Positions 32,053 to 42,069 of a stretch of 64,000 nucleotides of DNA are shown here, piece by piece. Within the stretch, counting starts at the first letter, position 1; each line of letters starts with the position of its first letter. A model generated the notes under the pieces. The model was not told the DNA's origin, ran no database searches, and was given only the letters and a program-made list of their open reading frames with translations. The position numbers and the translations under genes were made by a program. The stretch spans positions 32,001 to 96,000 of the forward strand of contig CAWIAD010000001.1 in assembly GCA_963833985.1 (NCBI GenBank). Reading direction: 5' to 3'. Origin of the DNA: an uncultured Planctomycetaceae bacterium (GTDB lineage Bacteria > Planctomycetota > Planctomycetia > Isosphaerales > Isosphaeraceae).

Positions 32053-32603
32053 AAAAACCTTACATATGCAGACAACGTAATATATGAGGGAATCCCAGGA
32101 CGGGCTGCCAGCGCGGCTCGCGGGCGCGAGACGACAGGGCGGCGAGCATGCGACGCGGTGCACGCGGGCCCGCGGAGGAGTTCTTTGGTTCGTTTGAAGC
32201 CCTCAGTTCGCGGGATCACAAGTCGTACGCCCTGCTTACCTTCGGCGGTCTCGGGCGGTTCGTGGACGAACCAGGTCCGGTCCGGGCATACGCGCCGGTC
32301 ACGTTCCGGACGCCGACTATAAAGTGCGGATGGGGACCACCAATTCGGGACCGGCCTGGGCATTGAGGTTGTCGCTGGCGAGCCGCGGTACTGGCGGCAG
32401 TGGCTCACGCATGATGGATCTGGGCGGCATCACCGGCGCCGACCTGTTCTATGGTTGATTCGTGACGATCAGGGCAAGAATCGCCCCGGTGCATGTCACT
32501 GGTCCCATGCACGGTGAAGTGCTCGGCCGGGTCGGCAACCTGTTCAATCCTCCAACGGAGTGCTCGCTCCGGGGGCAACCGCCGCGCGCGGAGAATTCCT
32601 CTG

Positions 32604-35243
32604 ATGAATGATCTAGAAATTGCGATCCGAGAGTTTCTCGCTGAGAGCTACGAGAACCTGGATCAGCTCGAACACGACCTGGTGGCCATCGAGGCGGATT
32701 CGCGCAGTCGAGAGACGGTCGACCGGATCTTCCGTACCGTTCATTCCATCAAAGGCGCCTGCGGGTTCCTGGCGTTTCCCAGGCTGGAAGCCGTCGCTCA
32801 TGCTGGTGAGGGACTCCTGTGCCGATTGCGCGAGGGTGAGCTCGACTGGAGCCCCTCGATCACCACGTCTCTGCTCGCGCTGGCCGACGCCATGCGGATC
32901 ATCCTGCGCCACATCGAAGAGAATGGGGCCGAGGGAACCGAGGACCACACGGTGCTGATCGAGCGCCTCATGGCGTTGCAGGCGCAGGAAGGTCAGGAGC
33001 CGGCAGTCTTCGGCGCGGGCTCGGAGCCACCGCGTGCGGCTTCCGAGAGCAAGACCCCGGCGCAAGAAGGATCTCGCCCCGTGGCCTCCGCTGCCCGGAT
33101 CTCCGATCGCGCTCCTACCCCCGTGTACGATGAGTGGAACGGCGAGACCGAGGCCGAAAAGCCGAATGGAAGTCCCGCCGGCGGGATCTCCAGCGGCAAC
33201 ATCCGTGTGGACGTAGGGCTGCTGGACAAGCTGATGAACCTCGTGGGCGAGCTGGTGCTGGCCCGCAACCAGATCCTTCAGCACGCCAGCACACGCGAGG
33301 ACGCCTCGCTGCTGGGCACCTCGCAACGGCTCAACCTGATCACCACCGAGTTGCAGGAAGGGGTGATGAAGACCCGGATGCAGCCCATCGGCAACGTCTG
33401 GAACAAGTTTCCGCGCGTGGTCCGCGACCTGGCGCTGGAGTGCGCCAAGCAGGTGCGCGTGGAGCTGGAAGGAAGCGAGACCGAGCTCGACCGGACGATC
33501 ATCGAGGCGATCAAGGACCCGCTGACGCACGTGGTGCGGAACGCCGTCGACCACGGCATCGAGCCCCCCGAGGAACGGCGTCGCAAGGGGAAGCCGGCGA
33601 CCGGTTGCCTGCGGATGCGGGCTTTCCACGAGAGCGGGCAAGTCAACATCGAGATCTCGGACGACGGCGCAGGGCTGGACGTCGAGCGGATCACCCGCAG
33701 CGCCCTCGACCGCGGGCTGATCTCGCGTGAGCATGCGGCTCGGATGGGCGATCACGATCTGATGCAGCTTATCTTCCTGCCCGGATTCAGCACCGCCGAG
33801 CGGATCACCAGGATTTCCGGCCGGGGCGTCGGCATGGACGTGGTCAAGACGAACATCGAGAAGATCGGCGGCACGATCGACATCCAGAGCACCGTCGGCC
33901 AGGGTACCACCCTGAAAATCAAGATCCCGCTCACGCTGGCGATCATCCCGGCGCTCATCGTCAGCACCAGTGGCGACCGTTTCGCGATACCGCAGGTCAG
34001 CCTCCTGGAGCTGGTTCGACTTGAAGGCGAGCAGGCGCAGCGCGGCATCGAGATGATCCACGGTGCGCCGATCTTCCGGCTCCGCGGCAGCCTGCTTCCC
34101 CTGGTGAGCCTGGATCACCTGCTCGGCTCGAACGACTCGAAACCCTCGGGGGTGAATTGGCACGACCACCACGACTCCCGGAACGTCGACTTCGCCCGCC
34201 TCCGCGAGATGGATCTACAATGGAAGACGCGGCTGGCCCGCGTGCTCAAGGGCGAGGAAGCGCTGGACGCCGAACGGCTGGCTTCGGCCGAGGAGTGCGA
34301 GCTGGGCCTGTGGCTGAAGAGCGAGGGTATTCGCGAGTTCGCGGGGCGTGACGAATTTGTACGCCTGATCCAGGTGCACAAGCAACTGCATGCCGCTGTG
34401 AAGGAGGTTGTGACGCTTCACAGCTCCGGCAGGCGCAGCGAGGCGCAGGCCGCACTTGGAGCGGTGGAGGCCAGGTCGCTTGAACTGGCAGGCGGGCTGA
34501 CGGGCGTCGAGCGCGTGCTCGAGGCGACCAACCTGGTGAACATCGTTGTGCTCCAGGCGGACGGCCGGCGCTTCGGGCTGGTGGTCGAGGGAATCAGCGA
34601 CACCGAGGAAATCGTGGTCAAGCCGCTGGGCAAACAGCTCAAGGGCGTGTCGCTCTTCGCCGGCGCCACGATCATGGGTGACGGTCGCGTGAGCCTGATC
34701 CTCGATGTGGCGGGCATCGCCCAGAAAGCGGGCGTGGCCTGCGGCACCGTGGAACGCCTGGCGCTCGAGGAGAGCTCTGCCAGGCAAGGGCGGCAGGACG
34801 AGCGATCCGCCTATCTGTTGCTGCGCCACGGCAGCGACAGCCGGGTGGCGATTCCGCTCTCTCTGGTGGCCCGGCTGGAGGAGATTCCCTGCGCGGCGGT
34901 GGAGCATTCGGGAAACCGCGAGGTCGTTCAGTACCGGAACCAGATCATGCCGCTGGTGCGGCTCTCGCAGGTGCTGCAACAGCGCGGCTACGAAGAAGCC
35001 CAGGAATCCGACCCGATGCAGGTGGTGGTCTACACGCAAAACGGCCAGAGCGTTGGCCTGGTTGTCGATACCATCCTCGACATTGTCGAGGACGCAATCC
35101 AGGTGCGGCCCACCCGTCGCGGGCAGGGTCTGGTCGGGTCGGCGGTGATCCAGCAGCGTGTCACCGACGTGGTCGACGTCCCGGGGCTGATTCGATCGGT
35201 CGATCCCGATCTGGTGACCAGTGCGATGGGAGTGGGAGACTGA
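32604..35243 (+). CDS. cheA: Chemotaxis histidine kinase with two CheW-like domains and an inserted CZB-like domain
   Basis: Hpt IFRTVHSIKG, IRVDV...LMNLVGELV, HVVRNAVDHGIE, SGRGVGMDVV, PLTLAII, plus a second CheW-like domain at the C-terminus. Confidence 0.96.
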   Translation: MNDLEIAIREFLAESYENLDQLEHDLVAIEADSRSRETVDRIFRTVHSIKGACGFLAFPRLEAVAHAGEGLLCRLREGELDWSPSITTSLLALADAMRIILRHIEENGAEGTEDHTVLIERLMALQAQEGQEPAVFGAGSEPPRAASESKTPAQEGSRPVASAARISDRAPTPVYDEWNGETEAEKPNGSPAGGISSGNIRVDVGLLDKLMNLVGELVLARNQILQHASTREDASLLGTSQRLNLITTELQEGVMKTRMQPIGNVWNKFPRVVRDLALECAKQVRVELEGSETELDRTIIEAIKDPLTHVVRNAVDHGIEPPEERRRKGKPATGCLRMRAFHESGQVNIEISDDGAGLDVERITRSALDRGLISREHAARMGDHDLMQLIFLPGFSTAERITRISGRGVGMDVVKTNIEKIGGTIDIQSTVGQGTTLKIKIPLTLAIIPALIVSTSGDRFAIPQVSLLELVRLEGEQAQRGIEMIHGAPIFRLRGSLLPLVSLDHLLGSNDSKPSGVNWHDHHDSRNVDFARLREMDLQWKTRLARVLKGEEALDAERLASAEECELGLWLKSEGIREFAGRDEFVRLIQVHKQLHAAVKEVVTLHSSGRRSEAQAALGAVEARSLELAGGLTGVERVLEATNLVNIVVLQADGRRFGLVVEGISDTEEIVVKPLGKQLKGVSLFAGATIMGDGRVSLILDVAGIAQKAGVACGTVERLALEESSARQGRQDERSAYLLLRHGSDSRVAIPLSLVARLEEIPCAAVEHSGNREVVQYRNQIMPLVRLSQVLQQRGYEEAQESDPMQVVVYTQNGQSVGLVVDTILDIVEDAIQVRPTRRGQGLVGSAVIQQRVTDVVDVPGLIRSVDPDLVTSAMGVGD

Positions 35244-35246
35244 GCC

Positions 35247-35696
35247 ATGGCCAACCTGCGACAGTATTGCACCTTCTCAGTTGCCGACCTGTACCTGGCC
35301 ATCGACGTGCTCGAGGTCCAGGAGGTGATCCGCTACCAGGAGATGACCCGCGTTCCCACGGCGCCTCGGGTTGTACGCGGGCTCATCAACCTGCGTGGGC
35401 AGATCGTCACCGCCATTGACCTCCGCCGCCGCCTGGACCTGCCTCCCCCGGCCGACGACCTGCGGCCCATGAACGTGGTGATCCGCACCGACGACGGAGC
35501 GGTCAGCTTGCTGGTGGACGAGATCGGCGACGTGCTCGAGCTGGACGACCGCGAGTTCGATCCGCCACCCGAAACCATACCGGCCGTGATCCGCGATGTC
35601 GTCGTGGGGATCCACCGGCTCACGGACCGACTGTTGATCGTCCTTCATCCCGATAAGGTCGTGAGCCTGATCGGGGCAACCTCTTCACTCGCCTGA
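35247..35696 (+). CDS. cheW: Chemotaxis coupling protein
   Basis: VQEVI...TRVP...GLINLRGQIVTAIDLR...LLVDEIGDV. Confidence 0.95.
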   Translation: MANLRQYCTFSVADLYLAIDVLEVQEVIRYQEMTRVPTAPRVVRGLINLRGQIVTAIDLRRRLDLPPPADDLRPMNVVIRTDDGAVSLLVDEIGDVLELDDREFDPPPETIPAVIRDVVVGIHRLTDRLLIVLHPDKVVSLIGATSSLA

Positions 35697-35732
35697 AAGG
35701 ATCGCTGGTCGCACCCGACCGGGAGAACCGAA

Positions 35733-37844
35733 ATGAGAAGCAATGGTCATCACAAGGCGGGCAACGGCAGTGCGCAAGCCGCGGCGTTGCTTCCTCAGCC
35801 CGAGCTCGAAAGCCATCAGCCGGCAGTCCGCAGAGCCGTCCCACGCCAGGCTGACGACCTGGCCCGGCTGCAAAGCCAGCTCGAAGAGGCGAATGAGAAC
35901 CGGCATGCGATCGTGTCGCTGATCGTCGCGCTGGAGGGCGCGAACTCGGTGCACGAAGCGATCACCGCCGCGCTGGACACCGTGCGCGAGGCCTTCGGTT
36001 GGGCCTATGGTTCATACTGGGCGCTCGACGCGAAGACCAACGCCCTCGGGTTCCTGCTCGAAAGCGGGTCGGTCAACGACGAGTTCCGGCGGGTCACGCT
36101 GGAAGCGCGCTTCCGCGAGGGCGAAGGTCTCTCGGGCCGCGCCTGGAAAGCGCGTGACCTGGTGTTCGTGCCCGACCTCGGTCAGGTGCGCGATTGCTGC
36201 CGGGCCCCCGTGGCCCAGCGCGCCGGTGTCAAGTCCGGCGTTTGCTTCCCCATCATGGACGACGGCAAGGTGCTTGGCACGATGGACTTCTTCTCGATGG
36301 AAACGCTCACGCTCTCGGAGCAGCGGTTGGAGCAGCTGCGCTACGTGGGCAGGATGGTTTCCACGACCCTGCGTGCCCTGCGGTCCGCCGAGAAGGCCAA
36401 GGAAATCGCCCAGAACGCGCAGGCCGTCAATCACGTGCTGGAGCGCATCGGCAGCGTCCAGAGCGTCGGCGAGGCGATCCAGGTTGCGCTCGATACCGTC
36501 CGCGACGAGTTCGGCTGGGCTTATGGCTCGTACTGGGTCCTCGACACGGCCGAGAACGCCCTCAAGTTCTCGGTCGAATCCGGTGTGGTGGACACCGAGT
36601 TCCGTCGGGTCACGCTGGAAGCGCGCTTCCGCGAGGGCGAAGGTCTCTCGGGCCGCGCCTGGAAAGCGCGTGACCTGGTGTTCGTGCCCGACCTCGGCCA
36701 GGTGCGCGATTGCTGCCGGGCCCCCGTGGCCCAGCGCGCCGGCGTCAAGTCCGGCGTCTGCCTGCCGATCACCGACGGCGGCCAGGTCACGGGCACGATG
36801 GACTTCTTCTCGATGGAGGCGCTCGACCTCAGCCAGGAGCGGATCGACGCGGTGCGGAACGTCGGGCGGCTGGTCTCCAGCGCCATCGAGACGATGAGAC
36901 GCCAGGAGCGGATGAACGAGATGGCCGAAACCCTGCGCGGGGTTCTGAGCCGCGTCAGCGAGCACTCGCATCAGATCGCAGACTCCGCGCAGGAGCTCAC
37001 CGCGTCCAGCCAGCAGATGAGCTCGGCGGCCGATGAGACTTCGGCACAGGCGAATACGGTTTCGGCGGCGGCCGAGCAGGTCAGCGCCAACGTTCAGACG
37101 GTGGCCACCGGCGTGGAGGAGATGAGCGCCAGCATCAAGGAGATTGCCCGCAGCGCGGCGGAGGCAGCCAAGGTGGCCAATATCGGTGTGGGTGTGGCCG
37201 AGAAGACCAACACCACCGTCGGCCAGCTCGGAGAATCGAGTGCGGAGATCGGCAAGGTCATCAAGGTCATCACGTCGATCGCCGGCCAGACGAACCTGCT
37301 GGCGCTGAACGCAACCATCGAGGCGGCACGCGCCGGCGAGGCAGGCAAGGGGTTCGCGGTCGTCGCCAACGAGGTGAAGGAGCTGGCCAAGGAGACCGCA
37401 AAGGCCACCGAGGACATCAGCCAGAAGATCGAGGCGATTCAGCGAGACACCCGCGAGTCCGTGGCGGCCATCGACCAGATCGGCCAGATCGTCAAGCAGA
37501 TCAACGAGATCCAGGGGACGATCGCCAGCGCCGTGGAAGAGCAGACGGCCACGACCAACGAGATCGGCCGGAACATCGCGGAGGCGGCCAAGGGCTCCAA
37601 CGAGATCGCCCGGAACATCACATCGGTGGCGCAGGCGGCGAAATCGACGACGGTGGTGGCCAACAACACGCTGCGGTCCGCGGGCGAGTTCGCCCACGTG
37701 GCCACCGAGCTGACGGCCCTGGTCGGTACCATCCAGCTCGATGACGAAGGGACCGGCGCTGCCAGGCACAACCAGTCGAGGACCGCGAGCAAGCCGGCGG
37801 GTGCGGCTCACGCCGCCGGTCCGCCGCCGACCGTCCGCCGCTGA
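35733..37844 (+). CDS. Soluble methyl-accepting chemotaxis protein with two GAF domains
   Basis: No transmembrane segment; duplicated GAF (GEGLSGRAW...GVCFP/GVCLP); canonical [37 protein letters not shown]. Confidence 0.93.
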   Translation: MRSNGHHKAGNGSAQAAALLPQPELESHQPAVRRAVPRQADDLARLQSQLEEANENRHAIVSLIVALEGANSVHEAITAALDTVREAFGWAYGSYWALDAKTNALGFLLESGSVNDEFRRVTLEARFREGEGLSGRAWKARDLVFVPDLGQVRDCCRAPVAQRAGVKSGVCFPIMDDGKVLGTMDFFSMETLTLSEQRLEQLRYVGRMVSTTLRALRSAEKAKEIAQNAQAVNHVLERIGSVQSVGEAIQVALDTVRDEFGWAYGSYWVLDTAENALKFSVESGVVDTEFRRVTLEARFREGEGLSGRAWKARDLVFVPDLGQVRDCCRAPVAQRAGVKSGVCLPITDGGQVTGTMDFFSMEALDLSQERIDAVRNVGRLVSSAIETMRRQERMNEMAETLRGVLSRVSEHSHQIADSAQELTASSQQMSSAADETSAQANTVSAAAEQVSANVQTVATGVEEMSASIKEIARSAAEAAKVANIGVGVAEKTNTTVGQLGESSAEIGKVIKVITSIAGQTNLLALNATIEAARAGEAGKGFAVVANEVKELAKETAKATEDISQKIEAIQRDTRESVAAIDQIGQIVKQINEIQGTIASAVEEQTATTNEIGRNIAEAAKGSNEIARNITSVAQAAKSTTVVANNTLRSAGEFAHVATELTALVGTIQLDDEGTGAARHNQSRTASKPAGAAHAAGPPPTVRR
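36081..36761 (+). repeat. Near-identical 165-bp direct repeat (36081-36245 and 36597-36761) in the two GAF domains
   Basis: Manual alignment gives 4 mismatches in 165 nt, all synonymous; period 516 bp. Confidence 0.9.
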
Positions 37845-37851
37845 CGACCCT

Positions 37852-37893
37852 CCGGGTCCGCACGCGGCCGTGTCCAGGGTCGTGCGGACCCGG
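37852..37893 (+). other. Intra-operon stem-loop between the MCP gene and cheY
   Basis: CCGGGTCCGCACG / CGTGCGGACCCGG perfect 13-bp inverted repeat, 16-nt loop, no U-tract. Confidence 0.6.
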
Positions 37894-37921
37894 TGACTTC
37901 CCGTTCCCAGAGGAGGATGCT

Positions 37922-38293
37922 TTGAAAGCACTCGTGATCGACGATTCCAGGGCGATGAGGACGATCATCGGCCAGATACTCAGAAGCCTTGGCTACGAGG
38001 TGGCCGACGCCGGCAACGGCCGCGAGGGCCTGGAGCGCGTGCGTAGCCAGGGCCCGCCCGACCTGATCCTCGTGGACTGGAACATGCCCGAGATGAACGG
38101 CCTGGAGTTCGTACGGAACCTCCGCAGCCAGCGTGAGTATGACCACGTCCGTGTGATGATGGTGACCACCGAGACCGAGATGAAGCGCATGTCCGAGGCG
38201 CTCGACCAGGGCGTCAACGAGTACGTGATGAAGCCGTTCACCCGGGATGTGATCCTTCAAAAACTGGAACAGATGGAATCGGCCAATGTCTGA
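37922..38293 (+). CDS. cheY: Chemotaxis response regulator
   Basis: Single receiver domain (VIDDS, VDWNMPEMNG, MVTT, KPF); GAGGAGG RBS with TTG start; lies in the che operon. Confidence 0.9.
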   Translation: MKALVIDDSRAMRTIIGQILRSLGYEVADAGNGREGLERVRSQGPPDLILVDWNMPEMNGLEFVRNLRSQREYDHVRVMMVTTETEMKRMSEALDQGVNEYVMKPFTRDVILQKLEQMESANV

Positions 38294-38417
38294 GTGGCCG
38301 CGGCCGCCCCGCAAGAAGCATGCGAAGAATGTCCACGAACTCAGGGAATGAGTGCGAAATCGCGATTTCAGGGACGATCCCAGCACACCCCGCCAGGCAA
38401 GACACAGGGCCGTGCTC

Positions 38418-39550
38418 ATGAATGTGATCAACAAGATCCGAGTTCTCATTATTGACGACTCCGTCGTCGTGCGCAGGATGCTTTCCGGCGTGATCTCGGC
38501 CGATCCCCAGCTTGAGGTCACAGGCACCGCCGCCAACGGCCGCATCGGTCTTTCCAGGATCCATCAGTCCAGCCCCGACATCGTGATCATGGACGTAGAG
38601 ATGCCCGAGATGTGCGGCCTCGAGGCACTCCGGGAGATTCGACGGTCCTGGCCGCGCCTGCCGGTCATCATGTTCAGCTCGCTCACCCGCTGGGGCGCGA
38701 CGGTCACCCTGGACGCCCTGGAACTGGGCGCCAACGATTACGTCACCAAGCCGGCTCAGGTGGAAAGCATCGATCACGCCGAACGGCAAATTCGCGACGA
38801 CCTGATTCCCAAGATCAAGGCCCTGTGCCAGCGGAACCACGCCCGCACCGGGACGCCGGATGCCAGCCCGGCCATTACGCCCCGCGCATCCACAGCGCGC
38901 CGCGACCGGCGGCTCCCGTCGCACGCAGGATCGAGGTCGTCGCGATCGGCACCTCCACGGGAGGGCCCAATGCGCTGGCGATGGTCATTCCCGCGCTGCC
39001 CGCGGGCTTCCCCGTCCCCGTGCTCATCGTCCAGCACATGCCTCCTTTCTTCACTGCGGCACTTGCCGACCGGCTGGCCTCCAAGTCGGCCATCGCGGTC
39101 AAGGAAGCAGCCACGGGCGACCGGCTCATGCCGGGGCACGCCTACATCGCGCCCGGCGATCATCATATGGTGGTCCGCAGATCAGAGGGCGGGGTGGGCA
39201 TCGAGCTGAACCAGGAGTCTCGCGAGAACTCCTGCCGGCCCTCGGTCGATGTCCTCTTCCGCTCGGTCGCCGCAGTCTATGGCGGGGCGACGCTGGCCGT
39301 GGTGATGACCGGCATGGGGCAGGACGGCCTGCTCGGGTGCGAGCTGCTCCATAAATCCGGCGCCGCGATTTATGTCCAGGATGAGCCGACGAGCGTGGTG
39401 TGGGGCATGCCCGGTTTCATCGCTCGTGCCGGACTCGCCGAGCAGGTCCTCCCTGTTGACCGCATCGGTCCGGCAATCAGTGGTCGCGTGGGCTTCAAAG
39501 CACCTGAGTCACGGTCTGCAAGAGCGGAGAACCTGTCTTCATGTGGCTGA
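38418..39550 (+). CDS. cheB: Chemotaxis methylesterase (receiver + esterase; frameshift in linker ~38900)
   Basis: Receiver IIDDS...MDVEMP; esterase GTSTGGP, VQHMP, RPSVDVLF, TGMGQDG, VWGMP in the second frame. Confidence 0.93.
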
Positions 39551-40410
39551 ACACGGCCGACTTCAATTACGTCCGGATGCTTGTCAAGCAGCACTCCGCC
39601 ATCGCGCTGGATGAGAGCAAGGCCTACCTGGCGGAGACCAGGCTGCTCGGCCTGGCTCAGCGCGAGGGGATCCCCTCGCTGGCGGAGCTGGTCGCGCGGG
39701 TTCGCGCCGACCGTGGCGATGTGCTGCGGGGCAAGGTCGTCGAGGCGATGACCACGAACGAGACATCGTTCTTCCGTGACCTGCTGCCATTTGAAATGCT
39801 TCAGCGCGCGTTGCTGCCGGAGCTGATCGCCTGCCGCGCCCGCCAGCAGACCCTGCGGATCTGGAGCGCGGCTTGCTCCACGGGCCAGGAGCCCTACAGT
39901 ATCGCCATGCTCATCCGCGACAAGTTCCCCGGTCTGGCCTCGTGGCAGGTGAAGATTCTGGCTACCGATCTGTCTTCCGAGGTCTTGAACCGGGCCCGGG
40001 AGGGACGATTCAGCCAGCTCGAGGTGAACCGCGGCGTGCCCGCTCACCTGCTGGTGCGGCACTTCCGGAGGCAAGGACTCGACTGGTACATCAGCGACGA
40101 GATCCGGCGGATGATCGACTTTCAGGTACTGAACCTGGTGGGGACATGGCCTTCCATGCCGTCCATGGATCTCGTGCTGCTCCGTAACGTGCTCATTTAC
40201 TTCGACGCTGATTCAAAGCGGGAGGTATTTCAGAGAATTGCCCGGACACTTGCACCGGATGGCTTTCTCGTTCTGGGCAGCTCCGAGACCACGCTGTTCG
40301 ACAATAGCTCCTTCGAGCGCGTCGACCTCGACCGCTCATGCGCTTTCCAGTTCAAGAGCCACACCGCCTATGCTGGGCCGCACCTGCGCAGCTGGAACTG
40401 CGTGCAATGA
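39541..40410 (+). CDS. cheR: Chemotaxis methyltransferase
   Basis: TTNETSFFRD, IWSAACSTGQEPYSIAM, ATDLS, RNVLIYF. Confidence 0.96.
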   Translation: MWLNTADFNYVRMLVKQHSAIALDESKAYLAETRLLGLAQREGIPSLAELVARVRADRGDVLRGKVVEAMTTNETSFFRDLLPFEMLQRALLPELIACRARQQTLRIWSAACSTGQEPYSIAMLIRDKFPGLASWQVKILATDLSSEVLNRAREGRFSQLEVNRGVPAHLLVRHFRRQGLDWYISDEIRRMIDFQVLNLVGTWPSMPSMDLVLLRNVLIYFDADSKREVFQRIARTLAPDGFLVLGSSETTLFDNSSFERVDLDRSCAFQFKSHTAYAGPHLRSWNCVQ

Positions 40411-40553
40411 TTCGCCTGTGAACACAGATCCACGGACCAAAAACGACTACCGAATGGGCCTCGCGCAGGAGTGCGTTGACGAACCAGACTCATCCGCAGA
40501 TTGGTTGATCGTGCCACCACTGGCCGCCAGGGTGTGCCCGCTGGAGATTGGAT

Positions 40554-41033
40554 ATGCTGACTGAAACCCCATGCATCGAACTCACCGAGAATACAACTCA
40601 CCTTCGGACCGCCATCGAATCCGTGTGGTCCACCATGCTCGGCATCGAGGTTGAGCCGGGCGAGGCGATGCTGCTTGACCGCGGCGAACCCGACTACATG
40701 ACCGGCTGCATCCAGATCACCGGTGCCTGGCAGGGGGCGGTCACCGTCGATTGCTCGATCGGCCTGGCCCGGCAAATCGCGGCCATCATGTTCGGCGTGG
40801 AGGTCTACGAAACCACGCCGGATCAGGTCAGCGACGCGCTGGGTGAGTTCACGAACATCATCAGCGGCAATCTCAAGTCATTTCTTCCCGAGCCCAGCCA
40901 TCTTTCGCTCCCCTCCGTCGCCGAGGGGACCGATTGCTACTTCCGCGTCATCGGCACACGGGTCCTCGCCCAGTTCTGCTTCGCGCACAAGGGTCAGCCG
41001 TTCCAGGTGACCATCGTCCAGGGGCTCAAGTGA
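40554..41033 (+). CDS. cheX: CheX-like CheY-P phosphatase
   Basis: ITGAWQG, DALGEFTNIISGNLK (ExxN motif), LSLPSV. Confidence 0.85.
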   Translation: MLTETPCIELTENTTHLRTAIESVWSTMLGIEVEPGEAMLLDRGEPDYMTGCIQITGAWQGAVTVDCSIGLARQIAAIMFGVEVYETTPDQVSDALGEFTNIISGNLKSFLPEPSHLSLPSVAEGTDCYFRVIGTRVLAQFCFAHKGQPFQVTIVQGLK

Positions 41034-41690
41034 AGACCGCTGCTTGCGGCCGGGTGGGAAGCCGGATGCGGAAGCAGGTTCGCAGTCGCGGCTGACTCTC
41101 CACGTCGATCCGGCCTCCATGCTTGGCGATGATGCCATGACACGTTGCCAGCCGCAGACCTTGGCTGCTCGTTGGCGAGGATGAGCTTCTCCGTTTGTTG
41201 TCTCCGCTCCTGCTCGCTGCGCACGTTGTCGCCGCAGTTCTTATCGCAGCCGCAGAGTGTCCCAGAAAAGGGCTCAGAAGGAGGACGGATCACTCCACCC
41301 GGATTTCCCCAAGGTTTCCCGCTGGAGGCAGTCGGGACAGATCTTGCTGCCCTGGCAGCCAGGAACCTCGATGGTTTTGCCACAGTGCTTGCCGGTCGGT
41401 TCGGCCATCAGGAATCAAACTGGGGACGCCGCGATGCGGCACCCTCCGCACGGCCCGTGGAATCTGTCGGGCGTGAGTCACCTTCTGCTCGATGGTAACG
41501 GAGTTCAGGCGATGCGATTTGAAAGTTCGGAGAAGATACACGGAACACACCAGCGGACCCGGTGCCGGCAACCCGACGGATTCGCACAGCGCATGCCAAT
41601 TTCGGTTGACGCCCTCCGCGCCAGCGGCTCTGCTGGACGGTATGTCGAGTCGCCGGTGTCGCTTCCGGTCCATGCGTCCAGGGAGTTGTC

Positions 41691-42035
41691 ATGAACGCCC
41701 CCGAACTCTCTCCGCAGGTCGCTCCTCGTGATGAGCGCTTGCCGGAGTCTCCCAGGCTGCGGAACACGATCCGCAAGTCGGCACTGCTGAACGTGACCGT
41801 CATCCTGACCTCGTTTCCGGTTCTCGTCTTCGCGGGTGGCGCACAATCCCTCGTTCCCTGCCTGGCGATCATGGCCGGGATCTCGCTGCTGATCTGGAGT
41901 GTCACCTTCGCGCTCTTCTCGTTCGTTTCGCTCTTCGGCGTTTTCTTCATGCCCGCGGCCGGCAAACCGCGAAAGCGCACGCAGCAGGTGACCGGGGAGG
42001 GTCTGTCGGACCGGTGGCTGGACGAATCGGTGTGA
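41691..42035 (+). CDS. Small hypothetical membrane protein
   Basis: GGGAG RBS; long hydrophobic stretches. Confidence 0.6.
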   Translation: MNAPELSPQVAPRDERLPESPRLRNTIRKSALLNVTVILTSFPVLVFAGGAQSLVPCLAIMAGISLLIWSVTFALFSFVSLFGVFFMPAAGKPRKRTQQVTGEGLSDRWLDESV

Positions 42036-42069
42036 TCGTAGAGAAGGCGCAGGGGCAGTGGGCGGAATC

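Noticed and set aside
32455..32471. FNR box upstream of cheA
   Set aside because: Only the TTGAT half-site matches; the TTGAT-N4-ATCAA spacing is not met.
38880..38930. Programmed frameshift in cheB giving a stand-alone receiver
   Set aside because: No slippery heptamer is visible, and similar breaks across the window point to sequencing error.
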